From assembly GCA_020184695.1 (NCBI GenBank), contig JAANOX010000045.1, positions 1-64,000 of the forward strand: a stretch of DNA of 64,000 nt, given 5' to 3'. Every line of letters starts with the position of its first letter. The stretch's first letter is position 1. This document shows, piece by piece, positions 1 through 10,940 of this stretch. Both the position numbers and the translations under genes were made by a program. Origin of the DNA: Histomonas meleagridis 2922-C6/04-290x. Lineage: Eukaryota; Protista; Parabasalia. The notes under the pieces are model-generated. The model saw nothing but the letters and a program-made list of their open reading frames with translations. It did no database searches and was not told the origin of the DNA.

Positions 1-1290
1 TTAAATGGTCATACAGAAATAGTTAAAATACTTCTTGAACAAGAAGGAATTGATATTAATGCTAAAGATATTTATTTGTTTTATTTAAAATTTATTTTAA
101 TAATTTGATATTTCAAAATAATATTTGGAAATCATTTAAATTATTTCGAACAGCACTTATGTGGGCATCTTATAAAGGTGATACAGAAATAGTTAAATTA
201 ATTCTTGAACAAGAAGGAATTGATATTAATGATAAAGATATTTATTTGTTTTATTTAAAATTTATTTTAATAATTTTATATTTCAAAATAATATTTGGAA
301 ATTATTTAAATTATTTAATACAGCACTTATTAGAGCATCTTCAGAAGGTCATACAGAAATAGTTAAAATACTTCTTGAACAAGAAGGAATTGATATTAAT
401 GCTAAAGATATTTATTTGTTTTATTTAATATTTATTTTAATAATTTGATATTTGAAAATAATATTTGAAAATTATTTAAATTATTTAATACAGCACTTAT
501 TGAGGCATCTTCAAATGGTCATACAGTAATAGTTAAATTACTTCTTGAACAAGAAGGAATTGATATTAATGCTAAAAATATTTATTTGTTTTATTTAATA
601 TTTATTTTAATAATTTTTTATTTCAAAATTATATTTGGAAATTATTCAAAATATTTGAAACAGCACTTATATTTGCATCTTTAAATGGTTATACAGAAAT
701 AGTTAAATTACTTCTTGAACAAGAAGGAATTGATATTAATGCTAAAGATATTTATTTGTTTTATTTAATATTTATTTTAATAATTTTATATTTCAAAATA
801 ATATTTGGAAATCATTTAAATTATTTAATACAGCACTTATTGAGGCATCTTTTAATGGTCATACAGAAATAGTTAAAATACTTCTTGAACAAGAAGGAAT
901 TGATATTAATGATAAAGATATTTATTTGTTTTATTTAAAATTTATTTTAATAATTTTATATTTCAAAATAATATTTGGAAATTATTTAAATTATTTAATA
1001 CAGCACTTATTAGAGCATCTTCAGAAGGTCATACAGAAATAGTTAAAATACTTCTTGAACAAGAAGGAATTGATATTAATGCTAAAAATATTTATTTGTA
1101 TTGTTTGATATTTATTTTAATAATTTTATATTTCAAAATAATATTTGGAATTTACTTAAAATATTTTATACAGCACTTATGTGAGCATCTTATAAAGGCA
1201 ACACAGAAATTGATAAAATACTTTTTGAAAATAAATTCAAGTTCATGATAAAGATAATATTTATTTTAATAAATTGGATAAGCTGATCTC
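1..1290 (+). repeat. Ankyrin-repeat array A: about 7 units with a 170-nt period, each ankyrin block separated by an 80-nt frame-breaking segment; 3' part of a gene that starts before the window
   Basis: (c/a)ttcttgaac recurs at 31, 201, 371, 541, 711, 881 and 1051. Blocks translate as TALMWASYKGDTEIVKLILEQEGIDINDKD, TALIRASSEG.., TALIEASSNG.., TALIFASLNG.., TALIEASFNG... The last unit has TGA at 1182-1184 where Trp is expected. Confidence 0.9.
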
Positions 1291-1514
1291 TCTCCCCCTG
1301 GGAAAATGTTTTCTATTGTAACATGAATTTAAAGATTTTGTATACATTACAAAAAAAATTATGTATGCTAAAAACAAAAAGTGGCATAAAACCGTTTTAA
1401 AATCAATTTCTGTTATAATGGGTAGCAGGAAATTCCACAATTGTGTATTTTTCGGGGTTGATGAATTAAATAGTAATGTGACCATAAATCTTAGAGAATG
1501 TTTTTTAGCTCAAT

Positions 1515-1583
1515 GGTAGTGGTTAACCGTCCAAAATGATCGTCTTGTGCTCGAGGCGGAGGTTCAAGAATTTCCTACTACCG
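1515..1583 (+). other. tRNA-like folded sequence (degenerate tRNA or SINE-head candidate)
   Basis: GGTAGTG pairs with TACTACC as an acceptor-like stem. There is a CGTCT/AGGCG hairpin and a GGTTCAAGA T-loop-like motif. The D-arm and loop sizes are non-standard. Confidence 0.25.
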
Positions 1584-1717
1584 GTTAAAAATTTATACTT
1601 GTTGTTATATAGCCAAAGACTAATTTCAATAGGCATACGAAAAAGTAGAAATTTTAAATATTGATAGAATAAAATCTCATCGATTGAAATTATCAAAGAT
1701 TTTTGAAAGAGGATATT

Positions 1718-3109
1718 TTATGAAAAATATCGAGCCAAAGGCGTAAGAATCCAACTTCTTTGCCCCGAAATAGCAAGACTTACTTCTAGAGGTGAAAGTG
1801 TCACGATTGGATGTACTGCTTTGTTATACATTAATTGAGCTTCGTTTAATGTTTCAATGTTTCCAAAATATTTACTGTTGATCCAATCTTCAAAAATATC
1901 TTCTTCAGATTCTCTTATTAAATCTGAAACAACTTGTTCAGGATACTCAAAGAGGTGTGATCTTTGAAAAGCCTCTTGAGTTTTCCATATGGTGCATGTC
2001 TTCATAAAAGCTTCGAGAAAAGAATGTACGAGTATCCACCTCCGAGTCCCAGTATCAGTTATTGCTACAGAGAGTATCCCATTTCTAATCTTTGATATTA
2101 TTTTTTCAATTTCTTTGGTGATTTCCCATTTAAGTGAACTTGCTAATTATACATCAAATGGTTGAAGCACATGTGTACAGTGACCTGGTAATGTTAGTAT
2201 ATCAATGCCCAATGAGAACAAATGACGCATGGCATCAGGACATTTGCGAGATCCGTGACCATCAACAATAAGCAAAATCCTTTGGTTACATAATGGTGAT
2301 GGTAGTGTTTTCCTCCAATTAAATAAATCTGCTCCGAGATTTATTGCATATTGAAGAAAGGTTTCTTTGAGCATCCAGCCTGTACGTGTACTGTAAAAAT
2401 GAGCCTGAGAACAGAAACAAGCCAAATCTTTCGGAAGTTTTTTCTTGTGCTGAAGAATTATATGAGGCTTTGATAACGGACAATATGTGCCAACGGTAAC
2501 ACAGGCTGTTAAGTGTCCATCCTCACCTGGTTTGGATCTAATTCCATATGAATTATTTGTTAAAACTTCAAATTTTATGGATGATGTAGTAATTGTGGTC
2601 TCATCCATATTAAATAGCATTATTCGATCATAACTATCGATGATGTTTCTATATGATGAGATCCATCTTTTTATCCTTGCGCTGGTACATTGAACCCTTC
2701 TAATTTTTTCAAGGTTCTCACGCCAAACCATGCTAATATTGTTCTGCTTACAGAAACTGAAGAGCCACCCTTTGCCAGGCTCAGGTGGCGTCAAATCGAT
2801 TTTCTCTGATAATTTGAGGCAGCCCAAAGAAAGAAGAAATCTTCTTGCTAATAAAGCACGATTTATTTTGAGCGTGTGTGCAAGATCTATAACTTGGGGT
2901 TTCGACAAACAATTTAAATCTGCGATTCCATCCATAATATCTCGAATTAAAATGCTTTGATCTTCAGAGCATAAATATGAGTCACTTCCTTCTGCATAAT
3001 TTCGGCACCAAGGAAGTCCAAGAGCTGTATTAAAATTATCTTTATCTACGCAGACCCATTTTTTGTGAAGTACAAGAACAAATATGTGGCCATTTAAATT
3101 ATCAAAAAG
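1718..3109 (-). mobile_element. Decayed pogo/Tc1-mariner-type transposase (CENP-B-like HTH plus DDE_1 domain)
   Basis: Motifs FNMDET, LLIVDGHGSR and LPGHCTHVLQPFDV are present. An in-frame TAA at 2147-2149 is followed by transposase-like residues (LASSLK) and a C-terminal fragment in another frame (1718-2005). The frame is open upstream to about 3109. No TIRs were found. Confidence 0.8.
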
Positions 3110-3636
3110 TTAAAGCAAATTTCACTGAGTTTGTTTATTAATATCTATCGTTTTTCAATCTCTGTTGGGATTCAGAGCCAAAATTTTGTGGGCATAGTGA
3201 CTTACTCTGATTAATATGATCATAACCACCTGAAAACTAGACCAGGAGTTTTCGAATTTGTGTGATTCAATTATGCGTAATATGATGCATGTTCTCAGAG
3301 GCTATCGTCCTAGCTCCATACCAAATACCAATTGATTTGGATTTTCATCAAGGAATTTGCTCTCTTTCCAGGGCAGTAATGATAAGCTATAAACCAAAAT
3401 CAGATCTGATTTTCTATTGACTTTTTGACTTAGTTGCTCTTTCATGTGTTTCAATTAAAAAGTGAGAATAAAGCTACCAATTTTTCTGTGCATACGATCA
3501 ATTTTCTAACAAATTCAAACGTGGTTAACTGTAGGGCCACAGAATCTTTCATTAAAAACCGTTGACGAAAGCTTTTCAGGTTGGAAAATTAACGGTTTTT
3601 CAAAAATTGCTGAAAAGGAAAAAAATTTAAATAAAA

Positions 3637-6600
3637 ATGAGCCAAATAATAAACTTGCTTGAAGACTTCACGAGCAAACAAACATTTTATCAAAATAGTA
3701 CGGAATTTGACAAAATTATCTCTTCAATAAATTATCCAGTATTAAAAAAAGAAGATATCAATTCTATTTCAAATAAGCTTCAAAGCGATCCATCAATCTC
3801 CATATTAGAATTACTTGCTTATGTTGCTCCATACTTTGCTTATTATCCAAAAACATTAAAAGAATTTATTGATTCCAAAATAGAAAATCAACAAAAAGCC
3901 AACATTTTTGTTTATGAAAATGCGATTGCTTTTCTTTTTCATAATTTAAAATGTGATTTTTCATCTGAAATTGAACTAATATTTTCAGCACTTTCCAAAA
4001 TATACACACATTCTAATGCCCAAAAAGTTGATTACCTTTTTACATCCATCGTAAATCTTGTTATTACTAGCTCATTATTGTCACAAAATGAATTATTTTT
4101 TTCCTCAGTTTATAAATATCTTCACAAAAACCATCAAAAAGATCCCTCAATTTATCCCTTTGTTGTTGATATTCTTCTAAGTATTTTTTCGAATGAAAAA
4201 ACTGAATATGCACATCGTTTTTTTTCATTTATTCAAGAAATCTTTGATAAAACGTGCAATGAAGATCTATTAATGCCAATCTTCACGAGCCAAATGTTTT
4301 ATTTTGATGCTGATGTGTTTGCAACGATAAATTCGATTGCGCGTATCAAAGTCACAACAAGCATTGAATTTTTATATGGCAAATTACCGTTAGCAATATC
4401 TGATAAAATCGGAATTAAAACATTAAAAATAGAAGGACCAATTGATTTTAAATATTCCGAATTTAATGAAACTGATTCATGTTGTACAGATATATTTAAT
4501 TATGAAGGAGAGATATCTTATATTGAAATCCCCGAAACTAATTTACAATTAATTGATTTTATTGACAATGAAATTAAAAATTCAATTCAAATGTTATTAT
4601 TAGTTTTTAATGGCGTTGATAAAAAATATATTGAAACATTTTTTGGAGAATTTGAAAAATTAATTAATCAAGATTTCTCACTTGATTTATTCATAATTTA
4701 TTTATATTTTTTAAGTTTGAACATTGGAAACATCCAATTTCTAAAGACAACATTAAACACATTATTAAACATAAAAATATTTGAGCCAACATTAACAATA
4801 TTTAATACAAAATTATCAAAAAATTTGAACTTTTTTAGAAAAGAAATAATTGAAATCATTTGTAAATTAGGTTCTAATCAAATTGTTCATCTTCTTGAAC
4901 GATATTCTAAATATCCATTTTTGTTTTGTGAAATTCTTTTTCGTATCCAAAAGTCATTAAACTTAGTTCCTGATTTATCGATATTTCAAAGTGAAGAAAT
5001 CTTCGATATATTAATGGAAGAAGATTTCCGAATACGAAATTTATATAAAGTCATTGATAATGAATATAAACATAAAGCATTAACAGCACGATCCAAAATA
5101 TTTAATTTAGTTTTAAACTTTCTTCAATATAAATCATTTACATTAACTACATTCCAATTACCATTTTTCACAATGTCATTTTTATCTGCGTTTTTCGAAG
5201 ATCAATTTCGTAATATTATATTATCACAACTGAAAGAAATTTTAATTAATTCAAATTTATTTGAATCAAATCCTGCAATTGATTTTATTGAATCAACAAT
5301 TAAAGCCATTTCTACAAAAGATAATACTAATAAAATATTCATTGGAATCATTTCATGTTTAAATGATTGTGTTTTATTGGTTCCTAATTTAGCATTATGT
5401 TCATCAAAAATATTTAAGACTTTAATTGACTTTTTACCTTTAAATATCATTAATTTCGATTTAGTTACTAATTTATTAAAACTTGGAATTAATATTTACA
5501 TTTGTTTGTTCCATTTTGATTTAGAAAGTAATTCGTTAATAAAAATGTATGAAATATTAAATAAAATTAAGTTAAATAAAACAATTCAAACAAATTTAAT
5601 TGATTTAATAGCTAAAAGTACTTCTGTTAATTTTAATTCATCTTTTTTAATACAAAATCCAAACATTATATTATTTGTAATTTCTGTTTATTCAGCACAT
5701 AATAAAACAGAAAAGATATTAAATACTTTAATTAATTTATGTGAATTCTCTGTTTGTAATATTCTTCAATTACATTATGGTTATGTTGATTTATTATTGT
5801 TAGAATTTATTAATCATTTTCCCAATAATTTTATATTCCATAAACTTAAATTTAATAATATAACAAAAGAATTAATATTTAAAACAATTTTTCCATTGTT
5901 TATAAAGATCGCAATGAATCAAAGTTCAAATGTAATCGCGAATAAAGTTATGGAAATTATTTGTCCACATTTTATTAAAGATGAAAACAATGATAAAGTT
6001 GAAATTGACGAAAACACAATAAAGAACAAATCGAATTATAAATTTAATGAATTATCATTTGATTTTTTAAGTAATATATTAGCGAGTTTTGTTACATATT
6101 CATATAATAAAATGATATTTTTTTCATTATTATTAAGTCAAACTATTACTGATGATTCATTAATGATACCAATCCAAAAATTATTGTCTTCATTTTCAGT
6201 ATGTTTATGGCTATATATTGATCAATATTTTTCAAGACAAATTAATTCGCGTTTAGTTATTTTCACAATAAAAAATAATACAAATGATTTAATCGAAGCT
6301 TATATTCAACGAACTTCATTTTTCTTACGTATTTATGCAGATCCAAATACTTATGAAGATTTCATATTAAATGATAATTTAATTCTTGGGAAGTTCTCTA
6401 TGTTAACATTAACATTTCGATCTGAAAATGGTACATTTTATTTAGCATCTAGAACTAATCAAGAGTTAATACGTAGAAGTGATATAATCATTGATTGTAA
6501 TATTAATTCGAATGCTAAAATTTATTTAGGCAAAGAAAATGATTATGATTTCCCTGAAGAAGTTACACGATCTTCTTTCCAATTAAGATCTATAGCAATA

Positions 6601-8553
6601 ATATTAAAAGAATTAAATAAAGATGAAATGGATATCATATATCAAAGTGGTTATAACTTTATCATTCCCGAGAATTTAAATACAATTTTTTATCGAAATG
6701 ATTTATCGAATATTAATAATTTTACTCCAAACTTTTATGAAATCTTTAGAAATGACTTTAATATTTATTATTATTTACCAATTATGTTTTTCTTTGATAA
6801 TTGTACTTTAAGTCAAATCGAAATGTTAATTGATTCATTTATTATATTTTTTGGTAATCGAGTTTTTAAATATGTTCATTTGTTTTCATTCTTTTTAAAA
6901 CAAAATAATTCAAAATGTTTTACATATAATATATATTTAAAGTTTTACGCATTTTTGGAACAAACTAAATCCGAAAAAGAAATGTTCGATGTTTTAGATC
7001 ATTTAATAGTAAACTTTGAAATCTGGAATAAGTCACCACATATAAATCGGATATTTAAACATTATAAAGTCATTGTATTTGAAACTTATTCTAATTATAC
7101 GTTAACACCTACATTTATTCCACATATATTTCCTGATTTTTGTAGGTATTTTATTGAGAAAGAAGATATTACTGATGAATTCATCGAAATAATTGCTGCA
7201 AGATCACAAAAGTTAGTAACAGAAAATGATATAAAAGTTATATTACAACAACTTGATTATTGTAATAATTATCAATTCATCTTTAAGATGTTATCTATAT
7301 TACCAATTTTGTTCCAATCTTTCCCACCTAATGATAAAATTGTACAAATTTTATTGTCATCACATTTTTCAACTGATCAAAACTATAGTTATATAATATT
7401 ACCATGTTTTAGAGATACAAAATATTTCGAACAATATTTGTTGTTTCTAATGTATCATCAAAACTCTTATAATTTAATCCAATTCTTTTCACAACATAAA
7501 CGATTTCCTGGATTAATTTCATTAAGTTTAATCTTATTTAGTAATGCCGATGAACAAATTCAAGAGAAATTATCAAATACATTCTTTGGGTTATGTAAAA
7601 ATAAAGATATAATACCCGAATTAATAAAGAACGAATTATGGATGTTATGTCCATTAATATTTGCAAGTCAAACAAATGAAAAAAATCAAATGAAAATTTA
7701 TTACTTTTTGTCACAATTAATTATACAAGTATTAGAAACACAATCTAAAGATGAAATTGGCATTAAAATCATAGATAAAGCTATGACAATATTAGAAATG
7801 TTTAATTATTCCGAATTAAACATTTTATTAATTAAAATAATTATCGAACAATTATTAATCCGAAAATATAAATTTAATAATCAATTATTGTTGTTATGTT
7901 TTAGAGCTATGTTTTTAAAGCCTTCTCATTATTCAAACTCTATGAAGAAATCATTTAGTAATTCGCCTTTTCCTTATGATAAAGAAGAAGAAGTTTCAAA
8001 AGTTTTTAGTTTAGGAAACATTTTGAAAGTTATACAAAAAAGTAAGACGATAAAGTATACCTTTCAATTATCGCGACCTGAATTAATTAGTCAAAATGAA
8101 AATACTTTGTTAACATTAATGCGTTCTTTATTACCGACATTACAAAATAGTCAACAATTTAATGATTTTATTTTGCAATGTATTAGTTATTCAATTGGCG
8201 AAATTAAATATCCAAATATGTTCTCGTTAAAATTAAATAAATTCGGATTAAAAGAAATCATTAAGCCAATGATTGATGATGCACAGAATAAACTTTCTAA
8301 AGTATCAATAGAACTTGAAAATTATATAATCAAAAATGAAGTGAAACTTATTAATGATATACCTAACCCTCAGATTCCTTTAATGAAGTATAAAAAACAA
8401 AATATTTTAAACCAAAAGAAAATTTGGAAAACAATTTCAAAACATTTTATGCATCAAAACACTTTTTGGAATTTAAATGTTTATTTGTTTAAACGGTCGT
8501 CGATCATTACCGGTTTTTCTTCATCGAAACTTAAACGGTTCCTGAGTTTTTGA
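3637..8553 (+). CDS. N-terminal part (ARM-like plus probable ConA-like region) of a large BEACH-domain protein
   Basis: 1638-aa ORF directly upstream of a PH-BEACH-WD40 ORF. Removing one T from the T5 run at 8547-8551 joins them (…LSF|ENQIPFNKVKVPKG…). Confidence 0.7.
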   Translation: MSQIINLLEDFTSKQTFYQNSTEFDKIISSINYPVLKKEDINSISNKLQSDPSISILELLAYVAPYFAYYPKTLKEFIDSKIENQQKANIFVYENAIAFLFHNLKCDFSSEIELIFSALSKIYTHSNAQKVDYLFTSIVNLVITSSLLSQNELFFSSVYKYLHKNHQKDPSIYPFVVDILLSIFSNEKTEYAHRFFSFIQEIFDKTCNEDLLMPIFTSQMFYFDADVFATINSIARIKVTTSIEFLYGKLPLAISDKIGIKTLKIEGPIDFKYSEFNETDSCCTDIFNYEGEISYIEIPETNLQLIDFIDNEIKNSIQMLLLVFNGVDKKYIETFFGEFEKLINQDFSLDLFIIYLYFLSLNIGNIQFLKTTLNTLLNIKIFEPTLTIFNTKLSKNLNFFRKEIIEIICKLGSNQIVHLLERYSKYPFLFCEILFRIQKSLNLVPDLSIFQSEEIFDILMEEDFRIRNLYKVIDNEYKHKALTARSKIFNLVLNFLQYKSFTLTTFQLPFFTMSFLSAFFEDQFRNIILSQLKEILINSNLFESNPAIDFIESTIKAISTKDNTNKIFIGIISCLNDCVLLVPNLALCSSKIFKTLIDFLPLNIINFDLVTNLLKLGINIYICLFHFDLESNSLIKMYEILNKIKLNKTIQTNLIDLIAKSTSVNFNSSFLIQNPNIILFVISVYSAHNKTEKILNTLINLCEFSVCNILQLHYGYVDLLLLEFINHFPNNFIFHKLKFNNITKELIFKTIFPLFIKIAMNQSSNVIANKVMEIICPHFIKDENNDKVEIDENTIKNKSNYKFNELSFDFLSNILASFVTYSYNKMIFFSLLLSQTITDDSLMIPIQKLLSSFSVCLWLYIDQYFSRQINSRLVIFTIKNNTNDLIEAYIQRTSFFLRIYADPNTYEDFILNDNLILGKFSMLTLTFRSENGTFYLASRTNQELIRRSDIIIDCNINSNAKIYLGKENDYDFPEEVTRSSFQLRSIAIILKELNKDEMDIIYQSGYNFIIPENLNTIFYRNDLSNINNFTPNFYEIFRNDFNIYYYLPIMFFFDNCTLSQIEMLIDSFIIFFGNRVFKYVHLFSFFLKQNNSKCFTYNIYLKFYAFLEQTKSEKEMFDVLDHLIVNFEIWNKSPHINRIFKHYKVIVFETYSNYTLTPTFIPHIFPDFCRYFIEKEDITDEFIEIIAARSQKLVTENDIKVILQQLDYCNNYQFIFKMLSILPILFQSFPPNDKIVQILLSSHFSTDQNYSYIILPCFRDTKYFEQYLLFLMYHQNSYNLIQFFSQHKRFPGLISLSLILFSNADEQIQEKLSNTFFGLCKNKDIIPELIKNELWMLCPLIFASQTNEKNQMKIYYFLSQLIIQVLETQSKDEIGIKIIDKAMTILEMFNYSELNILLIKIIIEQLLIRKYKFNNQLLLLCFRAMFLKPSHYSNSMKKSFSNSPFPYDKEEEVSKVFSLGNILKVIQKSKTIKYTFQLSRPELISQNENTLLTLMRSLLPTLQNSQQFNDFILQCISYSIGEIKYPNMFSLKLNKFGLKEIIKPMIDDAQNKLSKVSIELENYIIKNEVKLINDIPNPQIPLMKYKKQNILNQKKIWKTISKHFMHQNTFWNLNVYLFKRSSIITGFSSSKLKRFLSF

Positions 8554-8581
8554 AAACCAAATACCGTTTAATAAAGTAAAA

Positions 8582-10327
8582 GTGCCAAAAGGTAAAATGT
8601 ATAAAGTTAAATGTAAAAGAATAAAAATTAATGAAGAATTAGATTGCATTTTCATAATTAATAATGATAAAATAGAAATTTATTATCAAAACAGAATCCA
8701 AACTATTTCACCTTTAGGAGTTAGAAACATTTTATTAAAAAAACGGTCGCAGATTACAACGGCAATTGAATTCATTTCTATTGACGGACGATCAATTCTC
8801 ATTGATTTCTTAACTCCTTCCAACATGGTTGAAACGATTTCAAATTTGGCAAATTTAAAGTTTCCGAGTATTAAATGTTTCCAAAAGGATACAAGTTATA
8901 CTAAATTTTTCGAATCACAAGAAATATACCAAAAATATTACCAAGGGAAGATATCTAATTTTAATATGATTTTATGTTTAAATACATTTTCAGGTCGAAG
9001 TTATAATGATAGTAACAACTATTTCATATTCCCATGGAGTAAACCTAATCAAGTATTAGATAAAAAGGCAGAATTAAGTACAACGTCAAATGATTTGCAT
9101 TATTACTTAGGTCGAATTCCACCATTTACATTTTTATCTAAACAAACAGAAGTATTAAATTCAATTGATGAGCTATATAAGAAATTAGAAGCAAATGAAA
9201 TTAAAATTCATTCATTTCCTGAGTTTTATATGTTTCCTGAAGTATTTTTATCTTTAAATAATAACAATAATCAAAATGATTTAAATGTTTCAGATAAATA
9301 TCATTCGATTTATGAATTTATTTATTTAAATCATAAAGCACTTGAAGAAAGTAATGAAACTATTAAATGGATTGAAGATAACTTTGGAATTGTTAATGAT
9401 AAGTCGTCAAGGAATTCGAATTTATCGCAATTAATTCCGTTACCAATACCACTAAAGAATAAAAATGAAATTTCTTATACATTAAAGATGTATAATGTAA
9501 ATGAATCATTAAAAAATGGAATATTCCGTTATGCAAAACCAAATTTTGCTGTAATTATAGATATAAATGATAACATTTATAAAATTATATTTAACAAAAA
9601 TGGTTTTACAAAAGCTCAAATTGACCATATACCAAAATCTTGTTCAAATGTTTTATTTCCTTCAAGTGAAAATATATTTGTCATATCCAAAAAATCTAGA
9701 AAATTATATGATATATCACATAACAAAAAAGAAATCAAAACTTCTATCGAAAATACAGATTTTTTAATTGTCGATGGAAGTTTCGTTTTGTCAGCGTCAA
9801 AATCAGGTGAAGTGAAGATCTTTTTGAATAAACGGCTGGAGGACGTTTACGTAGAATTCTCAACGCTGACCGATACGCTGTCGACCGTTACGTTTTCCCA
9901 TCATTATTCAACGGTTGTATGTGGCACATCAAACTGTAGAGTATTAATATATTCGATTCACAAGGCTAAATTCGTAAATTATATCCAATTAGATAATGTT
10001 CCATTGTCTATACATATCACAAAGGTATTTGGAATGATTATTATTTATTGTTACAAAGAAATTATTTTGGCAACTATAAATGGATTTATAATGAAAAGAG
10101 TTAAAATGGGGTTCGAAGTTGATCAAATGTGTACATTCACACACAAAGGAGTTGACTTCATTTGCTTTGCTGATGACGCAGGTCATGTTTTTACTTCAGA
10201 AGCATTTTACCCAGAAAAGAAATCATTACGCTTTACATACAAAGGAAAATTAATTAGTCTTAATGTTGATAAAAGATCAATCAATTCTATAACTTATGGA
10301 GGTGAAATTTACTCATTAAGACTTTAA
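8582..10327 (+). CDS. C-terminal part of the BEACH-domain protein (PH, BEACH, WD40)
   Basis: BEACH motifs GKISNFNMILCLNTFSGRSYNDSNNYFIFPW, LGRIPPF and PEFYMFPEVF; WD40-like C-terminus. Confidence 0.85.
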   Translation: MPKGKMYKVKCKRIKINEELDCIFIINNDKIEIYYQNRIQTISPLGVRNILLKKRSQITTAIEFISIDGRSILIDFLTPSNMVETISNLANLKFPSIKCFQKDTSYTKFFESQEIYQKYYQGKISNFNMILCLNTFSGRSYNDSNNYFIFPWSKPNQVLDKKAELSTTSNDLHYYLGRIPPFTFLSKQTEVLNSIDELYKKLEANEIKIHSFPEFYMFPEVFLSLNNNNNQNDLNVSDKYHSIYEFIYLNHKALEESNETIKWIEDNFGIVNDKSSRNSNLSQLIPLPIPLKNKNEISYTLKMYNVNESLKNGIFRYAKPNFAVIIDINDNIYKIIFNKNGFTKAQIDHIPKSCSNVLFPSSENIFVISKKSRKLYDISHNKKEIKTSIENTDFLIVDGSFVLSASKSGEVKIFLNKRLEDVYVEFSTLTDTLSTVTFSHHYSTVVCGTSNCRVLIYSIHKAKFVNYIQLDNVPLSIHITKVFGMIIIYCYKEIILATINGFIMKRVKMGFEVDQMCTFTHKGVDFICFADDAGHVFTSEAFYPEKKSLRFTYKGKLISLNVDKRSINSITYGGEIYSLRL

Positions 10328-10568
10328 GCGTCAACATGCAATCGGTATAACAAATCTATGTTAAGTTTTATATATTATACCAAAATTTGATGATCAACTT
10401 ATTAAAAATGACATCTGTTGTAACCAAAAATTCCTTCTTTTTCAGAGCTTTATTACTTCGGTTTCAGGTAAGCTGTAAGTGTCTTTTTCACAGGTTTATC
10501 CAAAACACGTTTCAGTTTCTGCCAAATATTGACTACTTTTTGCGGTTTGTGTTCCATCCCGGAATTGA

Positions 10569-10940
10569 ATGACAACGTCCGTTAGCGCTCAGAAAATTAC
10601 ACAAAAATTTCAATTAATTTCCTATCGAAAATCATTCCCCTCGAGGATGAATTCCCTTTGGCTTTGCTGCGACCCATTACCCGCAAAAGACTTACATAAA
10701 AAGGAACCAAAGTGTTCATCCTCACCATTCCTTGGTGTCTTCACTGAAGACCCATCCATTATAGGCAGAATTCTTCCTCGTCCTATTACACCATTCAATG
10801 ACGAACTCGAACAGTTTCACATTAGCAAGTATGACGATGAAGAACGTCAGCCAAATCTTTGCGAATCACCACCAACAATCGGTATTGATTTTGGCTTTAC
10901 TGATAAGACTATTAAAGGTGGAGAACTTTCAATTTTCTAA
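10569..10940 (+). CDS. Hypothetical protein, 123 aa
   Basis: ATG-initiated ORF with higher GC than its flanks; no recognised motif. Confidence 0.35.
   Translation: MTTSVSAQKITQKFQLISYRKSFPSRMNSLWLCCDPLPAKDLHKKEPKCSSSPFLGVFTEDPSIIGRILPRPITPFNDELEQFHISKYDDEERQPNLCESPPTIGIDFGFTDKTIKGGELSIF

Noticed and set aside
70-153. Canonical GT-AG or AT-AC intron in the gap
   Set aside because: The available GT (ttGTt) and AG (acAG) do not restore the frame, and the AG is absent in the diverged units (ACA CCT, ACG GCA). The AT…AC choices tested also give the wrong frame.
105-362. Short hydrophobic ORFs inside the ankyrin arrays (also 33398-33655, 43107-43364, 43620-43823) as independent genes
   Set aside because: Each is one ankyrin block plus read-through into the gaps.
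1-1290. CRISPR array or plain minisatellite reading of the 170-nt repeats
   Set aside because: The variable parts are a few codons inside an ankyrin reading frame, not unique spacers. There are no cas genes and the context is eukaryotic.
1261-3630. Terminal inverted repeats for the DDE_1 element (ACTG-TA near 3529)
   Set aside because: No matching TA-CAGTTAACC left end was found; only the palindromic GTTAAC core is shared with ~1521.
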